Origin: Octopus sinensis
Taxonomy: Eukaryota
Length of the DNA: 64,000 nt
Direction: 5' to 3'
NCBI RefSeq assembly: GCF_006345805.1
Contig: NC_043024.1
Coordinates: 7,316,001 to 7,380,000, forward strand
The notes under the pieces were generated by a model that ran no database searches, was not told the DNA's origin, and was given only the letters and a program-made list of their open reading frames with translations. Made by a program: the position numbers and the translations under genes. Shown piece by piece: positions 13,547 to 26,298 of this stretch; positions within the stretch are counted from its first letter, which is position 1, and each line of letters starts with the position of its first letter.

Positions 13547-13879
13547 ATATATATATTTATATATATACATATGTATATATACATATATATATATTTATAT
13601 ATATATATATATTTATATATATATGTATATATATATATATATGTATATATGTATATATATATATATGTATATATGTATATATTATATATGTATATATGTA
13701 TATATGTATATATGTATATATATATATGTATATATGTATATATATATGTATAATATGTATATATATATGTATATGTATGTATATATTATGTATGTGTATA
13801 TATATATATATATATATATACATATATACACATACATGTATACACATATACATGCACACACACATATATATATATACAT

Positions 13880-13931
<52 letters not shown>

Positions 13932-13975
13932 TCACACACACACACCCACATATGTGTATATATATATATATATAT
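13416..13975. repeat. Long (TA)/(TG)/(CA) microsatellite block
   Basis: Near-continuous alternating purine-pyrimidine dinucleotides. Confidence 0.95.
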
Positions 13976-15461
13976 TCTTTCTTTTACTTGTTTCAGTCAT
14001 TTGACTGCGGCCATGCTGGAGCACCGCCTTTAATCGAACAAATCGACCCCAGGACTTATTCTTTGTAAAGCCTAGTACTTATTCTATCGATCGATTCTTT
14101 TGCTCAACCGCTAAGTTACGGGGGACATAAACACACCAACATCGGTTGTCAAGCGATAGTAGGGGACAAACACGGATACACACACACACACACACACACG
14201 ATGGGCTTCTTTCAGTTTCCGTCTACCAACTCCGCTCACGAGCCTTTGATCGGCCCGAGCCTATAGTAGAAAACACTTGCCCAGTGGGACTGAACCCGGA
14301 ACCATGTGGCTGGTAAGCAAGTTACTTACCACACAGCCACGCCGGCGTAAACACACACACACATACACACAGCTTTTACTTGTTTCAGTCATTGGACTGC
14401 GGCCATGCTGGGGCACAACTTTGAAGGGTTTAGTCGAGCGAATCCACCCAGTGCTCGTAAGCTTATCTGTTTGTTTGTTTGTTTTTTTTAGTCTATCTTA
14501 TTCTTTTGGCCGAAACGCTGTTAGTGGGACGTAAACAAACCAACAACGGTTGCCAAATTTTCTAACGCATAAAAGTAAACAGGGAAATATTTACGAAAAC
14601 TTATTTTTAAAATTAAAATAAAATTGAAAAACTGATTCTTTTATTTGTTTCAGTCATTTGACTGTGGCCATGCTGGAGCACCGCCTTTAGTCGAGCAAAT
14701 CGACCCAGGACTTATTCTTTGTAAGCCTAGTACTTATTCTATCAATCTCTCTTGCCGAACCGCTAAGTTACGGGGACGTAAACACACCAGCATCGGTTGA
14801 AGGGGGGGGGGACAAACACGGGCAAACATATATGTATATACGTATATAGGGCGGCGAGCTGGCAGAAACGTTAGCACGTCGGGCAAAAGGTGTAGCCGTA
14901 TTTCGTCTGCAGTTACGTTCTGAGTTCAAATTCCGCCGGGGTCGACTTTGCCTTTCATCCTTTCGGGGTCGATAAATTAAGTACCAGTTATGCACTGAGG
15001 TCGATGTAATCGACTTAATCCGTTTGTTTGTCCTTGTTTATCAAAGAAACATATATGTATATACGACGGGCTTCTTTCAGTTTCCGTCTACCAAATCCAC
15101 TCACAAGGCTTAGGTCGGCCCGAGGCTATAGTAGAAGACACTTGCCCAAGGTGCCACGCAGTGGGACTGAACCCGGAACCATGTGGTTGGTAAGCAAGCT
15201 ACTTACCACACAGCCACTCTGTAATTATTTTATTCTTTTACTTGTTTCAGTCATTTTGACTGCGGCCATGCTGGAGCACCATCTTACTCTCTTTTACAGG
15301 AATTGTATGGATTAGCTAAAGTATACCACGTTGTTCTCTCTTTACTCCGCAAGGGTGGCATTCAATAATGCTTAATGAAATGATGTAAAAGACTCTACCT
15401 ATATCGTCATATCTCCCTCACAAGCAGAGAAATATCTAAAATGGCTTGTCAGACAAAATGG

Positions 15462-15879
15462 GGATCTTTTCGGTTTGAACGGCAGTTTATTCTAGCGGTG
15501 TCATATGAAATTGTCACCCATAATTATGACCCTAGTATCGATCTATTGCATTTCAATCTGTTTTAGGGTTAGGGTTAGGGGTGGGAGAAGGGTACCTTTT
15601 TTTTCTTCACAAATGTAAATAAACCCAATCTGTTTCTTAAACGAGGGACATGTTCATACGGCACAGAATGTTTTCACCTCAATAGACATCATTGATTGGC
15701 TGACATTGCAGAAATTGAAGAAAAAAAACAACAAATATCTTACAAACTATAGAATTTTCTCAATAAAGCCAAGAGAAAAAAATGTTTTATAAACACATTC
15801 TACCAGTATACGAAGTTTAAAAGTGTTTAGTTACGTGGAAATTATTTTTAAAAAACTGCCGTTCAAACCGAAAAGATCC
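15462..15879. mobile_element. Merlin-like MITE (GGATC-type TIR), 8-bp TSD, with (TTAGGG)n
   Basis: Perfect TIR GGATCTTTTCGGTTTGAACGGCAGTTT; TSD CAAAATGG at 15454-15461 and 15880-15887; near-identical to 8150-8556. Confidence 0.85.
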
Positions 15880-16745
15880 CAAAATGGAAAAGGTGATGCC
15901 CAGAGGGAGATGCGCTGGAACAGTCACTCTGACAAACGGGATTCCCATTTGTGGATAGCTATCTCCGCTCCGAAAGTGGTGAGCAGGGATATGGTCCGGG
16001 GGGCGAGATTGCTCGAGGTCTCCACTGTCACAGGTTCAACCATAAACCTGTTAAAGAGCAGCCGATACTTTAACAGTTAGCCCTTCTCAACCTGACGTGC
16101 ACCGGAGCCTAGGCTGGTAGCTGAACGGACCAAGTTATCGCCGGAAAACGTGTCACAGCATGTGGCATCCGAGATGAGGCGCCTATCACCACGCAACGGG
16201 AAAATTGTCACACCGTCAGGCCTTTTACCGTTCCTCGATTTTGCATTGCTTTAGTTTTTTTTACACGCGTAACAATTAAATTGATTTAACAATTAAGAAA
16301 AAAAATTTAGGGTTAGGGTTAGGGTTAGGGGGGAGGTTTAGGGTTAGTTACAGGATGTTGTCTCAGTTTTAGACGTAGCAAATGATTTTAGCTCAAAAGA
16401 GAGCATAGGATTGGTTTAAATTCGAAAAATTAAACTTCGTTAAACAAACAAATTACAATTTTCTCAAGAAAGCCAAGAGAAAAAAATATTTTATTTTGAC
16501 ACATTCTACCAGTATACGAAGTTTTAAAGTGTTTAGTTAACTAGAAATTGTCTGCCGTTCAAAAGGAAAAGATCCTCTGGCTCCAGCTGGGGAGGGAAGC
16601 CTGCAGCGTCTAGGCCACCATGCTTTATGATCTCGTTAAGAACGCACGGTGTAGAAGGCAGCCTGCACTGTTATTTATTTACTAATTTGTTATTGCTAGA
16701 AGACATGCGTTGCTGGCTTTTATTGATTTTGAGAGTAGTTCTGTG

Positions 16746-16794
16746 GGATCTTTTCGGTTTGAACGGCAGTTTTTAGTTCAAACCGAAAAGATCC
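16746..16794. mobile_element. 49-bp minimal derivative of the GGATC-TIR MITE
   Basis: GGATCTTTTCGGTTTGAACGGCAGTTTTTAGTTCAAACCGAAAAGATCC flanked by GTTCTGTG and GTTCTGTA. Confidence 0.75.
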
Positions 16795-17189
16795 GTTCTG
16801 TATTAATGCATGAGCAGACAGGGCAGTTGTTTAGGGTCCTCACGGATCTAGAGGCAATAGGTATTTGTTCCACCTATTGCAACAGTTTCACGTTGCGTAT
16901 TCGGTCCAACAAGGATGCCCGTTGTTATTTCTACTGTCTGTTTTGGTATTCGAGTCATTGCCGAGAAATTTGGAGATGTTGAGGGTTGTACCGGCATACA
17001 GCTTAGGGCATGAGAAGGCAAGTCTATGCGAGCCGGCGACTTCTGCCGTTAAGCCGAGAGCCTAGTCAAGGTGGTCAGGATCTAGTTCGATTCAGATCCC
17101 AGTGTGTAAAAACTAGGTCATGATCAGGATGACCAGTTTCACACAGAACTGGTTGAAAAGAAAGTGTTCCTGAAAAGTTGGACAGAAAT

Positions 17190-17476
17190 ATGAGAGGTAT
17201 ACTTGCCATCTCAATATGGCTAACCATTAAGGGTGGGTGTTACTGTAGCTTGTAGCCACAGGAGAACATCGTCTCCAGCTGGCTTTTGGCACACTTTCTG
17301 TGCCCTTAAGGTATTTGCAAGGGCACAGGAAGGATGACCTCCCTTTGCAAATACCATAAGGGCACAGATAGTGTGCCTAAAGCCAGCTGGAGACGATGAT
17401 CTCCTGGGGCTAAAAGCTACAGTAACACACCCCTCTTAGTGGTTAGTCATATTGAGATGGCAAATATACCTCACAT
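17190..17476. repeat. GC-balanced foldback element (arms about 130 bp)
   Basis: GAGGTATACTTGCCATCTCAATATGGCTAACC...GTATTTGCAA is mirrored by TTGCAAATACC...GGTTAGTCATATTGAGATGGCAAATATACCTC. Confidence 0.85.
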
Positions 17477-18295
17477 TGTCGTGCAGTTACTGTTTATACC
17501 TTGTTCAGAGATTTATTATTGGACAGAAATAGTTAACATATAAATCGCTTCGATAGTGTACTATAACGTCTGTCAGTCGCACCTTGCACAAATGAATATC
17601 TGATATGTTCTTTTGCTTTTTGTTAAAGAGATAGGTTCCCAGTGGCATAGCTGAAGTAAGTAGAAGGCTGTCTTAACGGATTTATAGGACCCTGGAAAAA
17701 TCAATGAGCTGGGCCCTATAGTACTTATTTTTTGTCAGCAAGCCAGAAGATACATGGATTAGAATCGGGCCCTTGTAGCCGCGAGGCCCCGGGGCAATTT
17801 CCCAGTGTCCCCATGTCTGGGGCGGCCCAATCTGGGAAACGTTTGTATGGTAGCAATACTTCTGGGCCTGTTGTGTAAACTTTATAGGCTTGAGGGCACG
17901 GAAGGGGGCGAAAAACTCAAGGGCTATTCCGGGCAAAACACACTTTAGCTACGCGACAGCAAGTTCCGCTGGTCGGGCGATAGTCCGCAACCAATAACCA
18001 CCCCAGTCCGTCGGGATACCGTGGCTGATGATATGCATCATCTATGGACATTCCTGTGAATGTTAAGACTCCTCTTTGACAAGTGGAGACTTGGGTCGGG
18101 TGTTTGGTACCTGAAATGCTACCAGGTCGCTCATTGCAGTCAATCAGCCAGAAAATGAAGTTAGTGAATGCATTCTATAAAGGACTAGGAGAGGAGAGAA
18201 GCAATAATAACTTCTCAATGCCTCAACGACGATGATCTAAGAGGTCCCAGAAGAGACCGCTTAGATCATTCCTCGTCGATGACTTCAGATTAGAG

Positions 18296-18496
18296 CAGTG
18301 GTTTTCAACCAGGATTCCGCCAGTACAGTCCAGGGGTTCCGAAAGAAGTTACAAAACTGCTAAAATCGGCAGTAATTTTTAATTCTCCTGTGCAGATATG
18401 TGTGCATAAAACTATTAAATTATTGCACAGGGGTTCCTCGAGCCAGTGGAATGTTTCCTTGGGGTTCCGCTCCAGCAAAACGTTTGAAAAGCACTG
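18296..18496. mobile_element. hAT (Charlie-like) MITE
   Basis: TIR CAGTGGTTTTCAA / TTGAAAAGCACTG; perfect 8-bp TSD GATTAGAG. Confidence 0.9.
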
Positions 18497-19225
18497 GATT
18501 AGAGATTATGAAGATTCTTCGACAGTTCTAGACCTGGTAGTGCAACATGGGGCTTTACCTGTTCTGGATAAACTCCGCAGCCATGGTCATGTTAAAGTGG
18601 GGAGACGAAACGCATCCAACACGTACTCTGTTCAGGAGCCGCGTTTTGCTGGTTTGGGAGTTTATGTTGAACAACTGTTATCACGTGCGTGATGGGTCCA
18701 GCTATCAGTTGAGTTTATCGTAAAGGTGATCCCACCTCTACCCATTCATCTTGCTTCAGCAACGAAAAGTGTGGGCTATCTTCCGACTTTGCCTTTCATC
18801 CTTTCGGGGTCGATAAATTAAGTACCAGTTACGCACTGGGGTCGATGTAATTGACTTAATCCATTTGTCTGTCCCCTTTATGTTTAGCCCCTTGTGGGCA
18901 ATAAAGAAATATATCTTCCTCGATTTGGTAGCTACAGCAAATGAAATTCTCTGGTGAACACAGGGACAGGTTGAAAGATTCTAGAGCAGAGCTTTTCCTC
19001 TTGGGCCAATTCCCCACCAACACCATCAAATTCTTTAGCACTCAATCGGAGAAGATGACGAGGGTAGAAAAGGAGAAGATGCTCTCGAATTAAAGTTATG
19101 AAAAATGGATAAAAGTGGGGAGAATGACGTGGCTACAAGAAGCCACTCTAACAAACAATGCGGCTGTAGGGATGGTGCTAGAGAAAAATGGTAATGTTAG
19201 TGTGCGAGGGTAATCTAGGACTTTG

Positions 19226-19532
19226 GGTACTACTAGAGAACAGTGGTCCCGGTGCGCGCGCTCGCATACTCGCGCTAGTCGTGACTACTCGATCCTTACT
19301 TTGTGTTTTTGTGTGTTATTTACTTTGTTTAATAAATTATTTACTTTGTGCTTTTGTGTTTTATTTACTTTGTTTAATAAAAATTATTTACTTTGTGTAA
19401 AAAAAATTATTTATTTTGTGTTTTATTTACTTTGCTAGGTAGTCGTTGTAGGATCGACTAGTCACGACTAGGTAGTGTGGATGCGCGATTACACGTGTGC
19501 GCGCACCGGGACCACTGTTCGCTAGTAGTACC
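19226..19532. mobile_element. Merlin-like MITE (GGTAC TIR)
   Basis: 32-bp TIR GGTACTACTAG(A/C)GAACAGTGGTCCCGGTGCGC; perfect 8-bp TSD GGACTTTG. Confidence 0.85.
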
Positions 19533-20588
19533 GGACTTTGAAGTCCCGTTTTCATTACACCATTATTTTAAATTATTATTTGTTGTCTTCATTGTTAAAA
19601 TCGATGTAAATCTTTCACTGGATCTTCTTTATTCTTTTCAAGTTTGTAGTCGCCAACTTCATGAGGGATACCTGTACAATAGTGCTCAGCTACCAACTGA
19701 TTCTATACCAATTCTTTTCGAAATTCTAAGTTTCATTTTGAAGATCTTCTCCTTTCTGCTGCGAATTTTTTAAAATATTAAATTCTGATACGATCATAAT
19801 GCATACCATCTCGAAAATATTTGCAGAACATTTCATTTAAAAAATATCTATTTTTCTGAAAGTTACAAAGAAACAAAGACGAGCGGTGGGGGCACGTTTG
19901 TGTAGGTATGCCCACCATGGACCCTTGCCTTTGTGACCGAAAACAAAAAATATACTCTTTTACTCGTTTCAGTCATTTGACTGCGGCCATGCTGGAGCAC
20001 CGCCTTTTAATCGAGCAAATCGACCCCGGGACTTATTCTTTTGTAAGCCCAGTACTTATTCTATCGGTCTCTTTTGCCCAACCGCTAAGTAACGGGGACA
20101 TAAACACACCAGCATCGGTTGTCAAGCAATGCTAGGGGGACAAATACAGACACACACACGCATATATATATATGTACATATATACGACGGGCTTCTTTCA
20201 GTTTCCGTCTACCAAATCCACTCACAAGGCTTTGGTCGGCCCGAGGCTATAGTAGAAGACACTTGCCCAAGGTGCCACGCAGTGGGACTGAACCCGGAAC
20301 CATGTGGTTGGTAAACAAGCTACTTACCACACAGCCACTCCTGCGCCCATCATTATTATTACTTGACATTCAGTATCGCGAATTGTCCTTAAAGCAAGTG
20401 TTTAGTTAGGCAATATATAGGCAAAATTATCAGAGCATCGGATAAACTATTTTTCTTCATTCATTAATTAAGGTTTTTTTTTTTTTTTAGTTCAAATCCC
20501 TTCATTCATTCGGGAAAGATAAACTGAAACACCAGTCGAACCCTGGAGTCAATTTAACCGACTAATCCCTTCCCAAAAGTTTATAATC

Positions 20589-21010
20589 GGCGATCTTTCG
20601 TCTCTAGTAGACCTTTCCGTCGATTTCCGTGAAAAAATTTTTTTTTTTTACATATGGGCTTGCGGGAACTTTTGAAGTAATGAGAGCGAAAGAGACTAAG
20701 AGAAAGCGATTGTATGACGGGGGAAGTTCTTTTGAAGTTACCGTGCATGGGAAGCATTGATGTACATGTGTGTGTGTGTGTTTGATGGGGTGTGGGAGAC
20801 AGAAAGTATGTTGTGTAAGTGAAGTGCTTCTGTTAGTGTGTGTGAAGAGACGGAGTAATGTGTGAAAGAAAGAGATAACTGAATTTTTTTACTCGGTGTA
20901 TGTGTATATGTATGTATATTACTTCAAAAGTTCCCGCAAGCCCATATGTAAAAAAAAAAAAATTTTTTACAGAAATCGACGGAAAGGTCTACTAGAGACG
21001 AAAGATCGCC
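20589..21010. mobile_element. Merlin-like MITE (GGCGATC TIR, about 90 bp)
   Basis: Long TIR GGCGATCTTTCGTCTCTAGTAGACCTTTCCGTCGATTTC...; perfect 9-bp TSD TTTATAATC. Confidence 0.85.
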
Positions 21011-21240
21011 TTTATAATCTTATGTCTACGCTAGAAATAATAATTATAATTAAGAAAATATTTTTTAATTGATTGTCGTAAGAGCAATATCTATTTATGG
21101 CACTCGTTTCTATGTGACAAACAGGATTCTATTTCACTTTTTTCTGATTGGTCAATTAATATGTCTGTTCGTTTTTAATATTTCGATTCTGTTCAACTCG
21201 GAATGCAACGGAATGTGTGTGTTTGCGCGCGCTGGACAGA

Positions 21241-22550
21241 AGAAAGAGAACGTTTGTGTTTGTATGTGTGTGTGTCATAGATTTAGGCGGCGTGCTGGCA
21301 GAAACGTTAGCGCGCCGGGCGAAATGCTTAGCGTTCTGAGTTCAAATTCCGCCGAGGTCAACCTTGCCTTTCATCCTTTCGGGGTCGATAAGAAAAGAGA
21401 ACGTTTGTGTTTGTATGTGTGTGTGTCATAGATTTAGGCGGCGTGCTGGCAGAAACGTTAGCACGCCGGGCGAAATGCTTAGCGTTCTGAGTTCAAATTC
21501 CGCCGAGGTCACCTTGCCTTTCATCCTTTCGGGGTCGATAAGAAAAGAAACGTTTGTGTTTGTATGTGTGTGTGTCATAGATTTAGGCGGCGTGCTGGCA
21601 GAAACGTTAGCACGCCGGGCGAAATGCTTAGCGTTCTGAGTTCAAATTCCGCCGAGGTCAACCTTGCCTTTCATCCTTTCGGGGTCGATAAGAAAAGAGA
21701 ACGTTTGTGTTTGTATGTGTGTGTGTCATAGATTTAGGCGGCGTGCTGGCAGAAACGTTAGCACGCCGGGCGAAATGCTTAGCGTTCTGAGTTCAAATTC
21801 CGCCGAGGTCAACCTTGCCTTTCATCCTTTCGGGGTCGATAAGAAAAGAGAACGTTTGTGTTTGTATGTGTGTGTGTCATAGATTTAGGCGGCGTGCTGG
21901 CAGAAACGTTAGCACGCCGGGCGAAATGCTTAGCGGTATTTCGTCTGCGTTACGTTGTGAGTTCAAATTCCGCCGAGGTCGACTTTGCCTCTCATCCTTT
22001 CGGGGTCGATAAATTAAGTACCAGTTACGCACTGGAGTCTATGTAATCGACTTAATACCTATGTCTGTCCTTGTTTGTCCCCTCTGTGTTTAGCCCCTTG
22101 TGGGTAATAAAGAAATAGGTATTTCCTCTGTCGTTACGTTCTGAGTTCAAATTCCGCCGAGGTCAACCTTGCCTTTCATCCTTTCGGGGTCGATAAATAA
22201 AGTATCAGTTTCGCACTGGGGGCGATATAATCGACTCAATCCCTTCGTCTGTCCTTGTTTGTCCCCTCTATGTTTAGCCCCTTGTGGGCAATAAAGAAAT
22301 ATATATATTTAGGCAGCGAGCTGGCAGACACGTTAGCGCGCCGGACGAAATGCTTAGCGGTATTTTGTCTGCCGTTACGTTCTGAGTTCAAATTCCGCCG
22401 AGGTCGACTTTGCCTTTCAGCCTTTCGGGGTCGATAAATTAAGTACCAGTTACGCACTGGAGTCTATGTAATCGACTTAATACCTATGTCTGTCCTTGTT
22501 TGTCCCCTCTGTGTTTAGCCCCTTGTGTGTAGTAAAGAAATATATATATT
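21241..22550 (+). repeat. Tandem array (150-bp period) of SINE2 5' part plus flank, followed by SINE2 multimer
   Basis: Units start at about 21241, 21391, 21541, 21691 and 21842; the fifth continues into a full SINE2. Confidence 0.9.
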
Positions 22551-24132
22551 TAGGCATTCCTTCGATATACCTCGACAAAACTAAGACACTTCACTTTGGG
22601 TATTTCCGTGGAAGCAAATAACAGTTCGATTCTGTTTTCTGCTTGGAAATTTGCGGAGTTTACATACACACATGAAACAAATAAGAACAAATATGCAAGG
22701 CTGTTTTTTTCTTCTAGGGTTTGTGTTAGGGTTAGGGGTGGGAGAAAAGGGTTTCTCTCTCTCTCTCTCTTTACTATTTTACTTGTTTCAGTCATTTGAC
22801 TGCGGCCATGCTGGAGCACCGCCTTTAAATCGAGCAACTCGACCCCGGGACTTATTCTTTTGTAAGCCCAGTACTTATTCTATCGGTCTGTTTTGCCCAA
22901 CCGCTAAGTAACGGGGACATAAACACACCAGCATCGGTTGTCAGGCAATGCTAGGGGGACAAACACACACACGCATATATATATACGACGGGCTTCTTTC
23001 AGTTTCCGTCTACCAAATCCACTCACAAGGCTTTGGTCGGCCCGAGGCTATAGTAGAAGGCACTTGCCCAAGGTGCCACGCAGTGGGACTGAACCCGGAA
23101 CCATGTGGTTGGTAAACAAGCTATTTACTACACAGCCACTCCTTCCTGTTACCTTCTGTTACCTTTAGAAATGTAAACAAAGCCGCTTCCGGTACTTACG
23201 GTACCTATACCGAAGGATCGCCTTAAAATGGTATCTTTATTACGATCATGATGATCTTATATAGAATGGGACAATACAGGACAAACAAAAACAAAAATGT
23301 TACATGATTTCGAATGATTTAGATATTAAAAATTTACTTAAAAAGTATTTTATATACCGATTAAATTTTCCTTTAACTAGAACTTTTTTAAAATTAAAAC
23401 TAAATCAGAGATCGAACCCGGCTGCCTATAAAGCCCAGCAACGATCTTTTCCTTTCATCAATGATTAATATTTCTTTACCACCCACAAGGGGCTAAACAC
23501 AGAGAGTACAAACAAGGGCAGACAAACGGATTAAGTCGATTACATCGATCCCCAGTGCGTAACTGGTACTTAATTTATCGACCCCGGAAGGATGAAAGGC
23601 AAAGTCGACCTCGGCGGAATTTGAACTCAGAACGTAACGGCAGACGAAATACCGCTAAACATTTCGCCCGGCGTGCTAACGATTCTGCCAGCTCACCTAA
23701 GATGGGTTACTAACACCCACCTTTCTCATCACATCCTTCCATCGTTTCCCGTATTCTCTCGGTGGCAGGGTCCTCCTCTCCAACCAAGGATCGCCTTAAA
23801 ATGATACATTGCTGGCATAATTTCGTTATATCTATACTCCACAATCCACAGAAATACCCAAAGTAAAATGTCTCGACCATGTCGAGCTATATCGAAAGAA
23901 TGCCTATATTTTTTAATTCTTTTACTTGTTTCAGTTATTTGACTGTAGCCCTGCTTGAGCGCCGCCTTCAATGGCTTTTTAGTCGAAGAAATCGAGCCCA
24001 GACCTTATTCTTTGTAATCCTAGAACTTATTCTATCGGTCACTTTTTACGGGGACGTAAATACACCACCATCGGTTGTCAAGCGATTTTGGTGGGGGTCA
24101 AACGCAGGCACAAAAAAAAACATAAATGTATG

Positions 24133-24293
24133 GGCGTAACTTCGGTATAAGTACCGGATACATTTCAAGAAAGTGTTTTTTTTATATATATGGAGGTGGG
24201 GGGGGGGTAAGATTAGGGGTGGGAGAAAAGGGTTTCTCTTATCTTCAGAAATGTAAACAAAGCCACTTACGGTACTTATACCGAAGGATCGCC
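24133..24293. mobile_element. Short degenerate Merlin-like MITE
   Basis: TIR GGCG(TAA/ATC)CTTCGGTATAAGTACCG; flanks AATGTATG and AATATATG. A related, SINE-interrupted copy lies at about 22553-23222. Confidence 0.6.
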
Positions 24294-24479
24294 AATATAT
24301 GTATATAATAAGGAATAATTTGGACAAATAAGTATAGAAGTTGATTAGTGTGTTTAAATGTTTAGTAGGTTGTCATCCGCAGTTATGGTACACTTCCATT
24401 GGATCCACTTCAGGAACTCTGCAGGTAACAATATTAATTAACAGGAGATGGATTCGGTATTAAATCTTTATTCTATGTA

Positions 24480-25633
24480 CAGGAGTTGGACAAAATAATG
24501 GAAACACCTAGCATCATAACATCGTAATTTTTAAATATCTATTAAACCATCAAAAGCTTGTTTATTTTTATGTTTTTGATTTATTAATAGTGTTGCTTAA
24601 TATCTTTTTCTAAAATTGATGTTTCTTTAAAATTCATTAAAATGACAGGTCTATCGGACTTTCAAAGCGGTCAAATTGTTGGTGCTTGTATGGCCGGCGC
24701 TAGCGTAATGTAAACAACTGAAATGTTTGGTGTATTAAGAAGTGCTGTCTCGAAATTAACGACAGCTTTTGAGAAAGAGGGAAAAACCACCTCACCGAAA
24801 CAAAACTCCGGAAGAAAACCAAAACTTTCAGATAGGGAACGTCGGATTCTTACGCGAATTGTTAGAAAGGATCACAAAAGTACAGCTTCCAAAATTACTG
24901 CAGAGCTTAATGACCACCTTGAGAACCCAGTTTCCACAAAAACTGTTCACCGGGAGCTGCACAAAGCTGGATTTCATGGGAGGGCTGCAATCAGAAAACC
25001 ACTACTTTCAAAAACAAATGTTGCAAAAAGCATTTAGAGTTGGAGTAAAAACCTATAGAATTGGTCCCTAGAGCAGTGGAAGAATGTTATTTTCTTGGAC
25101 AAGTCAACCTGTACCTTATTTCCAACCACTGGCCAAGTATGTGTGTGGAAACAGCCCAAAGAAGCATTTGACACAGACTACCTTCTTCCAAGTGTTAAAC
25201 ATGGAGGAAGATCTGTGATGATCTGGGAGAGCTATATCTTGAAAATCTGCTGACCCAATGGCTTCCCTTCATGGCAGAATTAATAGTCAAGGCTATTTAA
25301 GCATTTTATCTGATCAAATTCATCCTATGGTTGCAGAACTGTTTCTGGAGGGAAACACAATCTTTCAGGATGATAATGCACCAATTCATGCAGCTAAAGT
25401 TGTTACTGAATGGCACGAGGAACATTCTAGTGAAGTTGAACATCTTATCTGACCACCACAGTCCCCAGATCTCAATATCATTGAACATTTATGGTGCATG
25501 TTAGAAAATCAAGTAAGGAGTCGATATCCTCCACCATCATCACTACAAGAGCTGGAGACTGTTTTAGTTGAAGAATGGACAAAAATTCCTTTGGAAATAA
25601 TTCAAACTTTGTACAAGTCCATACCTTGTAGAA
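24480..25633 (+). mobile_element. Tc1 transposon, inactive, right end truncated
   Basis: TA|CAGGAGTTGGACAAAATAATGGAAACACC left TIR; ATG at 24642 (MTGLSDFQSGQIVGA); HTH region SGRKPKLSDRERR; DDE motifs FQDDNAPIH and SPDLNIIEHLW; multiple stops and frameshifts. Confidence 0.9.
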
Positions 25634-25882
25634 ACATAAACACACACAAAATGATGGGCTTTTTTCAGTCCCAGTCTATCAAGTCCACTCATGAGGTTTA
25701 GTGGCAGCTCAAGGCTATAGTAGAAGACACTTGCCACAGTTGTCACACATTGGGACTGAACCGAGAACCATGTGGTTAGAAAGCAAACTTCTTATCACCC
25801 AGTCTATATGTGATAACTTAAGTTAGATAACAGATATTTTCAGCAAAAGATTGACCCAGGCCATGTCTAACTTAATAGAACC

Positions 25883-26298
25883 TATTTCTTTACTACCCAC
25901 AAGGGGCTAAACACAGAGCGGACAAACAAGGACAGACAAACGGATTAAGTTGATTATATCAACCCCAGTGCGTAACTGGTACTTATTTAATCGACCCCGA
26001 AAGGATGAAAGGCAAAGGCGACCTTGGCAGAATTTGAACTCAGAATGTAGCGGCAGATGAAATACCTATTTCTTTATTACCCACAAGGGGCTAAACACAG
26101 AGGGGACAAACAAGGACAGACAAACGGATCAAGTGAATTATATTAACCCAAGTGTGTAACTGGTACTTATTTAATCGACCCCGAAAGGATGAAAGGCAAA
26201 GTCGACCTCGGCAGAATTTGAACTCAGAATGTAGCGGCAGATGAAATACCGCTAAGCATTTCGCCCGGTGTGCTAACGTTTCTGCCAGCTCACCGCCT
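25883..26298 (-). mobile_element. SINE2 dimer with 17-bp TSD
   Basis: TSD TCTAACTTAATAG(A/T)ACC at 25866-25882 and 26299-26315. Confidence 0.85.

Larger units (their letters stand above)
16810..18700 (+). mobile_element. Degenerate L1/Tx1-like LINE remnant fragmented by MITEs
   Basis: Peptide fragments FHVAYSVQQGCPL (RT SVRQGCPL motif) at about 16890-16925 and GALPVLDKLRSHG (Tx1-type C-terminal region) at about 18550-18590. Confidence 0.5.

Noticed and set aside
13129-14033. Long ORFs rich in Y/I/C/M/H/T (also 11159-12985, 38864-39544, 47531-47876)
   Set aside because: Translations of (TA)n/(TG)n/(TACA)n microsatellites; no stop codons by chance.
16307-16345. Telomere or chromosome-fusion site
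   Set aside because: Only a few TTAGGG units, embedded in a MITE family.
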